DNA of 64,000 nt from contig CAISTS010000057.1 in NCBI GenBank assembly GCA_903888485.1, forward strand, positions 9,202-73,201. The letters are read 5' to 3'. Positions 47,905-60,021 of the stretch are shown piece by piece. Both the position numbers and the translations under genes were made by a program. The stretch is from an uncultured bacterium (GTDB lineage Bacteria > Pseudomonadota > Alphaproteobacteria > Rhodospirillales > Rhodospirillaceae). The notes below the pieces were generated by a model that made no database searches, was not told where the DNA came from, and was given only the letters and a program-made list of their open reading frames with translations. The stretch's first letter is position 1, and the number at the start of each line of letters is the position of its first letter.

Positions 47905-49311
47905 TCAGTGAGTTGACTTGACGTTGTATTCCAGGACGGTCTGGCCCTTAGCGGGTACATCAATAAGCCATTCGGTCGAACCGGCATTGGCGTTCTTGTG
48001 GGGATGGCTCTCCTTCGTGATCTCCCAGGACGCCGGCATGGGCTCGATCAGGCGCACTTTCACCGGACGCGCCTTGGCGTTCTTGACCGTGACCTTCCAA
48101 ACACTGACGTTGATGGTATCGGCGGCATGGACGAAATTCGTCTGCTCGCGGTCGATATCGACATCGAAATCGCGGCCGAGGGTAAGGCGCACTTCAGCGC
48201 CTTGGGCTGTATGGCCGACCGGCGATTCACCCAGGAACTGCGCCGCGCCCTGTTCGTCCATACCATAGACGCGCACGACACCGGCCGGCAGCGGAACACC
48301 CAGCTTCGCGGCCGCGTCGTTCTTGAAGGCGAGTTCAATACCGGCCTTGGTCTTCATCACCTGGCCGCGCATCACGCTTTGGAAAATGTAGGGCTGGTTG
48401 TTGCGCACCACGAGCTCACGCGTCACCGCGACCCCCTTCGCACCCAGCAGCGCCAGTTGCTTGGTCTCCTTGTCGGCGAGGGTTACGGGCTTGCCCATGG
48501 CATAGACATGGCTACCCTCGACCTCGCCTTCTATCACGCCGTCGGCCATTGGTGCCGCGGCCGCCATGGCTTTTTCCATGCGCAGAGGCATCGGACGCGC
48601 CCCGCCGCCGACGCGGTTGACATCTCCTGCCACCAGCTTGAGGCGTGCGTTGTCGAATGTGACGCCGGTGGTGTTGGTCAATGTCGCCCAGCCGGTGAGA
48701 TCCATGCGCCCGGCATCGGAGTCGTAGTTCACGACGTAGTCGGCTTTCCAGGAAAGCCCGCCCGTAAGGTAGCTGAGCTCGGCTTCGACATCCTTACCCG
48801 CAGCGCCCGTCACGCTGAGCAGCAAGGTCGGTGACGCGCGAACGCCGGCCGGCAAGCTGTCGAAGACGATACGTCCCGGTACGCCGGTGTGGATCTTGCC
48901 GTCGATCTCGAAGACCGGACCGTCGGCGCCCACCACTTTGGCGCGCACGGGTACCGATAGGCCCGCAGCATTGGGCACGAAGATGGTGACCTCCTGTCCG
49001 ATGGCGCGCTCCAGCAACGTCTGCTGACTGATGATGCTGAAGTTGAAATTCTGCTCGGTGATCTTGAGGGTGTCGCCCTTCGTAACTTCGAGCAGCGCCG
49101 TCTCGGGCTGCATGGCCGACGAGACGCGGGAAAACGCGAGTTGCGTGATGGCCGCCGGCAGACGGAAGCTGCGTTGTTCGCGCACCAGAGCAAGGTCGGT
49201 GTTGTAGACCGTCACGTCCGCGCCGCCGCCGGTGGGCGGTACGTTAACCTCCGCGGCCAGAGCCGCGGTGGTGATCAGCATGGACGACAGAAAGAGGGCG
49301 GCTTTGTGCAT
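47905..49311 (-). CDS. secreted DUF4139-like protein (function unknown)
   Basis: Signal peptide. N-terminal pattern VTVYNTDLALVREQRSFRLPAAITQLAFSRVSSAMQPETALL resembles DUF4139/MuiA-like proteins by eye. Confidence 0.55.
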   Translation of the reverse strand: MHKAALFLSSMLITTAALAAEVNVPPTGGGADVTVYNTDLALVREQRSFRLPAAITQLAFSRVSSAMQPETALLEVTKGDTLKITEQNFNFSIISQQTLLERAIGQEVTIFVPNAAGLSVPVRAKVVGADGPVFEIDGKIHTGVPGRIVFDSLPAGVRASPTLLLSVTGAAGKDVEAELSYLTGGLSWKADYVVNYDSDAGRMDLTGWATLTNTTGVTFDNARLKLVAGDVNRVGGGARPMPLRMEKAMAAAAPMADGVIEGEVEGSHVYAMGKPVTLADKETKQLALLGAKGVAVTRELVVRNNQPYIFQSVMRGQVMKTKAGIELAFKNDAAAKLGVPLPAGVVRVYGMDEQGAAQFLGESPVGHTAQGAEVRLTLGRDFDVDIDREQTNFVHAADTINVSVWKVTVKNAKARPVKVRLIEPMPASWEITKESHPHKNANAGSTEWLIDVPAKGQTVLEYNVKSTH

Positions 49312-49403
49312 CTGCGACTTCCAAATAGCCTCGGGTCGGCATTTGATTTAGTCTTACATCATGGCGGGCGTAGGGCGCGATCAGCAAAAGTGGGAGGCCG
49401 GTT

Positions 49404-49432
49404 TTGCGTTCGATAGCGCCCTATTCTATATA
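49404..49432 (+). promoter_or_regulatory. sigma-70-like promoter upstream of rmuC
   Basis: TTGCGT (49404-49409), 17-nt spacer, TATATA (49427-49432). Confidence 0.4.
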
Positions 49433-49435
49433 AAG

Positions 49436-49466
49436 ATGCCTGATCCTATTGGATTGGATCAGGCAT
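49436..49466 (+). other. perfect 11-bp stem-loop at the 5' end of the predicted rmuC transcript
   Basis: ATGCCTGATCC - TATTGGATT - GGATCAGGCAT. The 3' arm includes the first two nt of the ATG at 49465. Confidence 0.6.
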
Positions 49467-50643
49467 GGTGGCAGCGCGCAAGTTGCAAGCCTGCAAATAT
49501 TTCTCGGGGTTAATGGTGATGTCGCTGGGCGAAGTGGTGGTACTGGGCGTGGCCCTTTTGGTCGCCGCCATCGCGCTGTTTATCGCCTTGCGCGCTGGCA
49601 AAGCGGGCGGCAGCGACGACCGCCTCGCCCAGCTCACGGGCCGGCTGAGCCAAATGGCCGAGAGCCAGACCGCCGCGCTCGCCCGCAATGCCGAGCAGCT
49701 TCAGGCCCAGGAGCGCGCCGTGACCAAGATGCTCGACGAGCGTCTGGCCGAGGTCACGCGCCGCATCGGCGACAATCTGCAAAAGACCAGCGAGAAGAAC
49801 ACCGAAGTCCTCGGCGTTTTGCAGGAGCGCCTGGCGGTCATCGACGCCGCGCAGAAGAACATCACCGAACTGTCCGCCGAAGTCGTCAGCCTGCAGGACA
49901 TTCTCTCCAACAAACAGGTGCGCGGCGCCATCGGCCAGACGCAGATGGAAGACCTGGTGCGCAACATGCTGCCGCCGGGCGCTTTTGACTTCCAGGTGAC
50001 ACTCTCCAACGGCAAACGCGCTGACTGCGTCATCCGCCTGCCCAACCCGCCGGGCGTGATCGCCGTGGACTCCAAGTACCCGCACGAAGCGTTCATGCGG
50101 ATGATCGCCTCGACTGATGAGCGCGAACTCGCCTTGGCCGAAGCTGCGTTTCGCACCGACGTCATGAAGCACATCAAGGATATCGCCGAGAAGTACATCG
50201 TGCCCGGCGAAACTGCGGACTCGGCGATCATGTTCGTCCCGGCGGAATCGGTTTTCGCCGAGCTGCACGACCGCTTCCCCGGCTTGGTGGAGGAGGGCTT
50301 CAGGCGCCGGGTCTATATCGTCTCGCCGACCACCCTGATGGCAACACTCAATACCGTCCGCGCAATCCTGAAGGATGCGCGCATGCGCGAGCAAGCGCAC
50401 ATCATTCAAACCGAAATCAGCAAGATGATGGATGATGTGAATCGCCTGGACGATCGTGTCGCGAAGCTCGCCACGCACTTCGGCCAGACTCAGAAAGACG
50501 TCGAAGACATCCGCATCTCGACCGGAAAGATCCTCAAGCGCGGCGTTGCCATCGAGAACATCCAGCTTGATGACGCATCGGCGCATGCGCCGCCCGAGGA
50601 CACTCTTCTGGCCGGCGAAGAACTGCGCAGGAGCCTGCAGTGA
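49465..50643 (+). CDS. rmuC: DNA recombination protein RmuC (start 49465 or, more likely, ATG 49513)
   Basis: N-terminal TM helix (MVMSLGEVVVLGVALLVAAIALFIAL), a long coiled coil, and a C-terminal RmuC nuclease-like region (VDSKYP...IMFVPAESVF). Confidence 0.88.
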   Translation: MVAARKLQACKYFSGLMVMSLGEVVVLGVALLVAAIALFIALRAGKAGGSDDRLAQLTGRLSQMAESQTAALARNAEQLQAQERAVTKMLDERLAEVTRRIGDNLQKTSEKNTEVLGVLQERLAVIDAAQKNITELSAEVVSLQDILSNKQVRGAIGQTQMEDLVRNMLPPGAFDFQVTLSNGKRADCVIRLPNPPGVIAVDSKYPHEAFMRMIASTDERELALAEAAFRTDVMKHIKDIAEKYIVPGETADSAIMFVPAESVFAELHDRFPGLVEEGFRRRVYIVSPTTLMATLNTVRAILKDARMREQAHIIQTEISKMMDDVNRLDDRVAKLATHFGQTQKDVEDIRISTGKILKRGVAIENIQLDDASAHAPPEDTLLAGEELRRSLQ

Positions 50644-51596
50644 GCGACTCTCCGTCCGAACAGGCGCGGCTGTCGCACAACGAGCTGCGGCGGCAGTTGA
50701 TTCCCAACATCGGCGATGCCGAAGGTCAGGGCATGATCCCCTTCCCTTACGTCATGCTCTTGCCGCTGCCCGGATACACCTCACCCACCGCCAACGCCGA
50801 CGAATGCGGGTTCCGCATTTCGATCAAGGCCGGCCGTCGCCTCAAGCGCGACAAGCTGAAGGCGGTCGCCGTCAGCAAGGGGGTTTTTCTCGGGAACGGG
50901 ATTGCGTGGGGCACCGGTACGAGCGATGACAGCAAAGTCGTGCACAATGTGCTGAACGACACCCGGCCGAGCGAGGTCTGGTACTCCGTCGCCTTGCGGG
51001 CGACGAGCATGACGCAAGAGCGCATCTCCGCCGAGCTGTTCGCCCCCCTGGACGTCACCCACGCCGTGTGGCTGAGCGGGATCCGGATGCTTCACACATC
51101 GCTCTATAAAGTTCCGCATAACGCGATCATGCCTTTTCCGGGCGAAGACCGGTTCATGGCGGCCATGGGCGGGCCCACCTACACCATCCCGGATTTCAGC
51201 ATGGAAGCGCGCTGGGCCGAGCTGATGACGCTGTTCGAACGCGAGATGGTGCTGTTTTCGCGCGCTTTCCGCCCGCCGGCCACCAATATCATCTTCGCGC
51301 TGCAGGCCGGGCTCGGCTGGTGCAAAAAGCCATTGTCGCCGGAGGAGCGCGACATGACCGCGGCGGCCGGCGCCGATAAGGGGGCTTCCGTCATCGACCC
51401 GGACGCCTTCACCGCCTATATCCTGCACTTCGCCAAATCGGCGGAGAAGATCTGCGCCCGACACGGCGTGACGTTCATCAACGTAGCGGCCCAGCCGGAA
51501 TTTCTGGTTCCGGAATGGCTGTTCGCCGACGGTGGACATTTGACGGACGCCGGCCATGCTGCCTTGGCGCGCGTCATCGCCCGTCACCTCAAATAG
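50640..51596 (+). CDS. stand-alone SGNH/DltD-like domain protein, paralogue of the C-terminal domain of the 989-aa fusion protein
   Basis: Roughly half of positions are identical by eye to aa 705-989 of the convergent gene (PYVMLLPLPGYTSPTANADECGFRI vs AYVMLIPQPNFTSPSANTDEYGFRI; DGGHLTDAGH vs DGAHMTDAGH). GTG 50640 overlaps the rmuC stop (GTGA); ATG 50733 is an alternative start. Confidence 0.7.
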   Translation: MSDSPSEQARLSHNELRRQLIPNIGDAEGQGMIPFPYVMLLPLPGYTSPTANADECGFRISIKAGRRLKRDKLKAVAVSKGVFLGNGIAWGTGTSDDSKVVHNVLNDTRPSEVWYSVALRATSMTQERISAELFAPLDVTHAVWLSGIRMLHTSLYKVPHNAIMPFPGEDRFMAAMGGPTYTIPDFSMEARWAELMTLFEREMVLFSRAFRPPATNIIFALQAGLGWCKKPLSPEERDMTAAAGADKGASVIDPDAFTAYILHFAKSAEKICARHGVTFINVAAQPEFLVPEWLFADGGHLTDAGHAALARVIARHLK

Positions 51597-51611
51597 TAAT
51601 CGCGGACAGCG

Positions 51612-54581
<2,970 letters not shown>

Positions 54582-54634
54582 AGCGCCTCTGTCCCCTCAC
54601 GATTCTGGCCCGATGCTAGTCGAGAGGCCGCGTG

Positions 54635-54672
54635 AAAGCAAAACCCCCCGCGGCGAGGCCGCGGGGGGTTTT
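54635..54672 (-). terminator. rho-independent (bidirectional-looking) terminator after the lipoprotein gene
   Basis: Perfect 11-bp stem CCCCCCGCGGC-GAG-GCCGCGGGGGG, flanked by an A-tract on one side and a T-tract on the other. Confidence 0.85.
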
Positions 54673-54693
54673 CGAAGGTATTTGCCGCGAGGT

Positions 54694-55395
54694 TTAGTAA
54701 GCCGAGCGGGCGCTGGGACGCGCGGCGCGGTCGGGCTGATCGACATTCTCGGGCACCTGCACCGTCACGGTGCCGGTACGGCCCGATGGTCCCGGGAAGT
54801 CCTTCAACACCGCGTCGAGCATGAACGGCATCACCGGCTCGACCTGGCCGCTCTGGCCCATGCTGACGGCGCGACCTTCAAATACACGCTGCTTCGGACC
54901 ATTCGCGTAGGTCGAGCCGCGATACATCATCAGCTCGACCCGGCGCGTAAAGAGCTGGCGCGTCTCGGTGTACTGATAGTCGTCCCAAAACGGGTCCTGC
55001 CAGCCGAAGCCATAACCCCACGGGCGGCGATAATTGTTGTAGCCGAAGCCGAACGAGAAGTTGGAACCGCGGGTGCGCACGTCCGGGGTGGGGCCGAGCA
55101 CGCCGTAGTCGAGAGTGACGACATAGTCGGCGCCGCTAGGCGCGCTGCCTTGGAACTGTCGCATGCCAAGGTTCGAGAGGCGCGCGTTGAGCTGATCGCC
55201 AAACTGGCGGAACGCGATGCTCTCTTCCTGGTCTGGATTCAACGCCACGATGGCGAAGGTCTTGCCGGCGAGGGATTCGCCCGACGCGCCGCCCAACGTA
55301 TGGAAGCGCGTCACGTCGGAGACGACGTACTTCTGACTGGCACACGCCGCCACCGCCACAAGCACGACCACCGCGGCCATTAAATGCTTTATCAT
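54694..55395 (-). CDS. lipoprotein, DUF4136-like
   Basis: MIKHLMAAVVVLVAVAACAS signal with lipobox. The DUF4136 call is by eye. Confidence 0.6.
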   Translation of the reverse strand: MIKHLMAAVVVLVAVAACASQKYVVSDVTRFHTLGGASGESLAGKTFAIVALNPDQEESIAFRQFGDQLNARLSNLGMRQFQGSAPSGADYVVTLDYGVLGPTPDVRTRGSNFSFGFGYNNYRRPWGYGFGWQDPFWDDYQYTETRQLFTRRVELMMYRGSTYANGPKQRVFEGRAVSMGQSGQVEPVMPFMLDAVLKDFPGPSGRTGTVTVQVPENVDQPDRAARPSARSAY

Positions 55396-55537
55396 TTCGT
55401 CCTCCTGAGGAGCTCTTTGGGACCCGCCCGCGTGAGGCGAACAGCTCCCGACATGTAAGTATAACGCGCGAAGACGCGCGCCGGGTCCCTTAAAAGCTAG
55501 GGCTCAATTGTGGCCGAGGCGTGACCGCATGGAGCAT

Positions 55538-56131
55538 TTATACAGGTCGCCGCGCGCGTAGCGCCGCCGAAATAGTGCCGTCATCGAGGTAATCAAGTTC
55601 GCCGCCGATGGGCATGCCATGGGCGAGCCCAGAAACAGTGGTATCTGTACCCTGTAAACGTTCGGCGATGTAATGGGCGGTGGTTTGGCCATCAACCGTA
55701 GCTGAGAGCGCCATGATGACTTCGCGCACTTCGGGTGCTTTGGCACGTCCGATCAAGCGGTCGAGCTTTAGGTCCTGGGGGCCAATGCCGTCGAGCGGCG
55801 AGAGCAGTCCGCCGGTGACGTGGTAGCGCCCGCGGAAGGCCGCCGTACGCTCCAGCGCCCAAAGGTCGGCCACGTCCTCGACCACGCAGATGACGCTCCC
55901 ATCACGGCGCGCATCGGCGCAGATCGAACAAGGATCGCAGCTATCGAAATTGCCGCAGGTTTGGCACACCTTCACCGCCGCCGCGGCCGTGCCGAGGGTC
56001 TGCACGAGCGGATCAAGCAATGTTTCTTTGCGTTTGATGAGTGCAAGCGCGATGCGCCGCGCCGAGCGGGGCCCGAGCCCGGGCAGCTTGGAGAGTTGGC
56101 GGATCAGCGCTTCGATTTCGACGCCGGCCAT
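55538..56131 (-). CDS. recR: recombination protein RecR
   Basis: HhH N-terminus, zinc finger [16 protein letters not shown], and Toprim region. Confidence 0.93.
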   Translation of the reverse strand: MAGVEIEALIRQLSKLPGLGPRSARRIALALIKRKETLLDPLVQTLGTAAAAVKVCQTCGNFDSCDPCSICADARRDGSVICVVEDVADLWALERTAAFRGRYHVTGGLLSPLDGIGPQDLKLDRLIGRAKAPEVREVIMALSATVDGQTTAHYIAERLQGTDTTVSGLAHGMPIGGELDYLDDGTISAALRARRPV

Positions 56132-56454
56132 TAGAACGGCAATTTGAATCCAGGCGGCAGCGGCAGGCCGCCGGTGAGCTTGCCCATCTCGGACTGCAGC
56201 TTCTCGTCGGCCTTGGACTTCGCGTCGTTGACAGCTGCAATGATGAGGTCTTCGAGCATTTCGGTCTCGCCGGGATTGACCAGCGACGGATCGATCTTGA
56301 TGGTCTTGAGCGTACCCTTGCCGTTCACCGTCGCCTTGACCATGCCGCCCCCGGCGGCGCCTTCGATCTCAACCTCGAGAAGCTTCTCCTGCATTTCGGC
56401 CATGCGCGCCTGCATGTCCTGCACCTGCTTCATCATCTGGCCGAGATTTTTCAT
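56131..56454 (-). CDS. ybaB: nucleoid-associated protein YbaB/EbfC
   Basis: From ATG 56454: [25 protein letters not shown]... Confidence 0.9.
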   Translation of the reverse strand: MKNLGQMMKQVQDMQARMAEMQEKLLEVEIEGAAGGGMVKATVNGKGTLKTIKIDPSLVNPGETEMLEDLIIAAVNDAKSKADEKLQSEMGKLTGGLPLPPGFKLPF

Positions 56455-56464
56455 GGCAACGCTC

Positions 56465-58141
56465 CTAACGTGACTCGTCGTCTGCTTTGCGTACGGCGGC
56501 GATGGTCGCGCCGGGGAAAGCATCAAGAATGGATTTGACCAGGGGATCGGACTTGGCGTGCTCGATCTCTTGCTCGTGCAATGTGGGCTGGCCCGCCGTG
56601 TTGACTACACCCACGACCCAGCGTTGGCCGGTCCATTCGGTGAGGAGCTTGCCGACCTGGCCGGCGAGATCCTTGGGCGTGTGCTGATCGGAGTTGAACT
56701 CGATCAGTCCTTGCTCGAAGCGCACCAAACGCACGTTGCGCTTGAGCAGCGCGGCGGTGCGCGCCTCACGCTTTTTCTCGAACAGCTCGACAATCTCTGC
56801 AAACGTCTGTGGCGCCGGCAAAGACACGGCCTGTGGCGCAAGCTGCGCCGTCGGCTGGGGCACGCGTTCCGCTGCCACACCCGCACTCGCCACAGCGCGC
56901 ACACCGCCGCCGTTGGTCGGCGCGCTCGGCGCAGGCGCGCGCACGGGCACGCCGCCGCCGCTTTCGAGCTGTTTGATGGCATCGGCCGGCGTCGGCATAT
57001 CGGCGACATAGGCCATGCGCACCAGCACCATTTCGACCGCCTGCAACGGCATGGGCGCGGCGCGCGCTTCGCCAAGGCCCTTGATGAGCATCTGCCAGGC
57101 GCGGCTCAAGACCGGCATGCCGAGCTTGCTGGCCATGACGAGGCCACGCGTGCGTTCCGTCTCGGCGAGTGCAGGATCAGCCGCACCTTCGGGCGCAACC
57201 TTCATGCGCGTCAGCCAATGGACCAGTTCGAGCAGGTCCTGCACCACCACCACCGGACTTGCGCCGGCGGCATATTGCCCGGCGAGAATGCCGAGCGCCT
57301 TCTTCACATCGCCGCTCATGACGGCGTCCAAGAGCTCGAACACCAGCGCGCGGTCGGCAAGGCCCAGCATGTCGCGCACAGCCATTTCGGTGACGCGTTT
57401 ACCGGCGGCTTGCGAGATCGCCTGATCGAGGATCGACAATCCATCGCGGGCCGAACCGTCGGCCGCGCGCGCGATCAGTTTGAGCGCGCCGTCTTCGACG
57501 TCTGCGCCTTCGCGCTGGCTGATGCCCGCGAAGAGTTTCTCGAGCTCGGCGCTTTCGATGCGGCGCAGATCGAAGCGCTGGCAGCGCGACAGCACCGTCA
57601 CCGGCACCTTGCGGATTTCCGTCGTCGCGAAGATAAATTTTACGTGTTCCGGCGGCTCTTCCAACGTCTTGAGCAGCGCGTTGAAGGCCTTCTCCGACAG
57701 CATGTGCACTTCGTCGACGATATAGATCTTGTAGCGCGCCGACGTGGGGCGATAGCGCACTCCCTCCAGCAGCTCGCGGATGTCGTCGATGCCTGTGCGG
57801 CTGGCGGCATCCATTTCCAGCACGTCCACATGCCGATCCTCGGCGATGGCCGTGCAGTGGGCACAGACGCCGCAAGGATCCGGCGTCGGACCGCCCTTGC
57901 CGTCGGGGCCGACGCAATTGAGCGCGCGGGCGATCAGGCGCGCGGTGGTGGTCTTACCGACTCCGCGCACGCCGGTGAGCATGTAGCCCTGGGCGAGGCG
58001 CCCCGAGGTGATGGCATTGGTGAGGGTGCGCACCAACGCGTCCTGACCGATGAGTTGGCCGAAGGTGGTGGGCCGGTATTTGCGGGCGAGGACCCTGTAG
58101 GCGTCGGCGCCCGCTTCTTTGTCAGCCTGTATATCGGTCAC
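56465..58141 (-). CDS. dnaX: DNA polymerase III subunits gamma/tau
   Basis: Walker A GVRGVGKTTTARL, zinc module CGVCAHC, and clamp-loader boxes. Confidence 0.93.
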   Translation of the reverse strand: MTDIQADKEAGADAYRVLARKYRPTTFGQLIGQDALVRTLTNAITSGRLAQGYMLTGVRGVGKTTTARLIARALNCVGPDGKGGPTPDPCGVCAHCTAIAEDRHVDVLEMDAASRTGIDDIRELLEGVRYRPTSARYKIYIVDEVHMLSEKAFNALLKTLEEPPEHVKFIFATTEIRKVPVTVLSRCQRFDLRRIESAELEKLFAGISQREGADVEDGALKLIARAADGSARDGLSILDQAISQAAGKRVTEMAVRDMLGLADRALVFELLDAVMSGDVKKALGILAGQYAAGASPVVVVQDLLELVHWLTRMKVAPEGAADPALAETERTRGLVMASKLGMPVLSRAWQMLIKGLGEARAAPMPLQAVEMVLVRMAYVADMPTPADAIKQLESGGGVPVRAPAPSAPTNGGGVRAVASAGVAAERVPQPTAQLAPQAVSLPAPQTFAEIVELFEKKREARTAALLKRNVRLVRFEQGLIEFNSDQHTPKDLAGQVGKLLTEWTGQRWVVGVVNTAGQPTLHEQEIEHAKSDPLVKSILDAFPGATIAAVRKADDESR

Positions 58142-58169
58142 GGGTCAGGCTGATCCATTTGACGGGGCT

Positions 58170-58280
58170 GGAAGGGTGAGAGACTGGACAGCGACCCGCA
58201 CCGAAACTCGTTACGGCTGCTTCCTTCCGGACCTGACCGGGTTAGCGAGGGGTACGTCCACCGCCAGCCTCTCGGGGGCC
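58170..58280 (-). ncRNA. ffs: signal recognition particle RNA (small/4.5S type); ends approximate
   Basis: The minus strand contains the conserved domain-IV core GGTCAGGTCCGGAAGGAAGCAGCC. The closing helix is GAGAGGCTGG paired with CCAGTCTCTC. Canonical position upstream of dnaX. Confidence 0.85.
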
Positions 58281-58282
58281 AC

Positions 58283-58311
58283 TATATCAGATGTATCGCG
58301 CTGCGAAGCAA
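58283..58311 (-). promoter_or_regulatory. candidate promoter for ffs
   Basis: On the minus strand: TTGCTT (58311-58306), 17-nt spacer, GATATA (58288-58283), just upstream of the RNA 5' end. Confidence 0.3.
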
Positions 58312-58452
58312 GCCCGGCCGGGGTCGTCTTGACCTCGAAATTTGTTCCCCTAAATGCCTGGTGGCGACGAATTTTTTCCAGGTTGCAAGTAGCGCGCGGA
58401 GTCGTCAAAAAACGCCATCCGCCCCAGGCCCGTAACATATAGACTGAAACCC

Positions 58453-60021
58453 ATGAACCAGCCGTCTGCGACCCGTCCCAAGCCCGTTGTCCTATGCATC
58501 CTTGATGGCTGGGGACATCGCACGGAGCGCGAAGACAACGCCATAGCCCTGGCCCGGACCCCTACCTGGGATCGCCTGCTGGCCACCGCACCGCACGCCT
58601 TGGTCGAGACCAGTGGCCTGGATGTCGGCCTGCCGCACGGCCAGATGGGCAATTCTGAGGTTGGCCATATGAACATCGGCGGCGGCCGGGTCATGAGTCA
58701 GGACCTGCCGCGAATCGACATCGCCATCGAGAACAAAAGCATCGAAAAGAACCCGGCGCTCGGCACCTTCATCGCCGCCCTCAAGAAGAGCGGCGGTGCT
58801 GCGCATATCCTGGGGCTGGTCTCAACGGGCGGAGTGCACTCACACCAGGATCAACTCGTCGCGCTGGCGCGCATCATCGACGGCGCCGGCGTGCCGGTGC
58901 GCATTCACGCCTTCCTCGATGGCCGCGATACACCGCCGTCGTCGGGTGCGGGCTTCATGGAAAACTTCCTCGGCGATCTTGCGAAGCTGAAGGACACCAA
59001 AGTCGCCACGGTCGGCGGCCGCTACTACGGCATGGACCGCGACAAGCGGTGGGAGCGCGTCGAGAAAGCTTACGGGGCTATCGCCGAAGGTGTTGGCGCG
59101 CACGACACCGATGCACGCGGCGCCATCAAGACCTCCTACGCCGCCGGCGTCACCGACGAGTTCATGATCCCCGCCGTCATCGGCGACTACAAAGGCATGG
59201 GCGATGGCGATGGCGTGCTCATGGGCAACTTCCGCGCCGATCGTGCGCGCGAGATTCTGCTCGCGCTGCTCGATCCCGCCTTCGCCGGCTTCAAGCGCCC
59301 GCGCACGATTACCTTCGCCGCCGCCGTGGGCTTGACGGAGTATTCGACCGCGCACAATGCGCTCATGGGGGTTATGTTCCCCGCCGAGCGCGCCGACAAT
59401 ATGCTCGGCGAGATCGTCAGCCGCGCTGGACTCACGCAGTTGCGCATCGCCGAGACCGAGAAGTATGCGCACGTCACGTTCTTCTTCAACGGCGGACAGG
59501 AGAAGGAATTCCCCGGCGAAAGCCGCATCCTGGTGCCGAGCCCTAAAGTTGCCACCTATGATCTCCAGCCCGAGATGTCGGCGAAAGAAGTCACCGATCA
59601 CATCGTCGATGCCGTCGAGAACAACCGCTTCGACGTGATCGTCGTCAACTACGCCAACGGCGACATGGTCGGTCACACGGGCATACTTCCTGCGGCGATC
59701 AAAGCCGCGGAAACCATCGATACGTGCCTTACGCGCCTGGAAACAGCGGTGAAGAAGGCCGGCGGCGCGCTGCTGATCACCGCCGACCACGGCAATCTGG
59801 AGATGATGCGGGATGCCGCATCCAACGAGCCGCACACCCAGCACACCGTCGGCGTCGTGCCGGTTGTGCTCGTCAACGCACCCTCCGGCGCACGTCTGCG
59901 GGATGGCCGCCTGGCGGACCTCGCACCGACCGTGCTCGAGTTGCTTGGCCTGCCGCAGCCGTCCGAGATGACCGGCCAATCGCTTCTGCACCCGCGTGCC
60001 GCGCTCCGTGCCACGGCTTAA
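58453..60021 (+). CDS. gpmI: 2,3-bisphosphoglycerate-independent phosphoglycerate mutase
   Basis: GNSEVGHMNIGGGR, the GGVHSH motif, and ADHGN. Confidence 0.94.
   Translation: MNQPSATRPKPVVLCILDGWGHRTEREDNAIALARTPTWDRLLATAPHALVETSGLDVGLPHGQMGNSEVGHMNIGGGRVMSQDLPRIDIAIENKSIEKNPALGTFIAALKKSGGAAHILGLVSTGGVHSHQDQLVALARIIDGAGVPVRIHAFLDGRDTPPSSGAGFMENFLGDLAKLKDTKVATVGGRYYGMDRDKRWERVEKAYGAIAEGVGAHDTDARGAIKTSYAAGVTDEFMIPAVIGDYKGMGDGDGVLMGNFRADRAREILLALLDPAFAGFKRPRTITFAAAVGLTEYSTAHNALMGVMFPAERADNMLGEIVSRAGLTQLRIAETEKYAHVTFFFNGGQEKEFPGESRILVPSPKVATYDLQPEMSAKEVTDHIVDAVENNRFDVIVVNYANGDMVGHTGILPAAIKAAETIDTCLTRLETAVKKAGGALLITADHGNLEMMRDAASNEPHTQHTVGVVPVVLVNAPSGARLRDGRLADLAPTVLELLGLPQPSEMTGQSLLHPRAALRATA

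Noticed and set aside
49404-49432. SOS (LexA) box upstream of rmuC
   Set aside because: Only one GTTC is present (GTTCGATAGCGCCCT). The alphaproteobacterial GTTC-N7-GTTC direct repeat is not satisfied.
56771-56779. GAGAAAAAG in dnaX as a programmed -1 frameshift site (gamma/tau)
   Set aside because: There are only five A residues and the heptamer is not of the X-XXY-YYZ form in frame (GAG-AAA-AAG). It also lies near the C-terminus (about aa 455 of 558), unlike the E. coli site.
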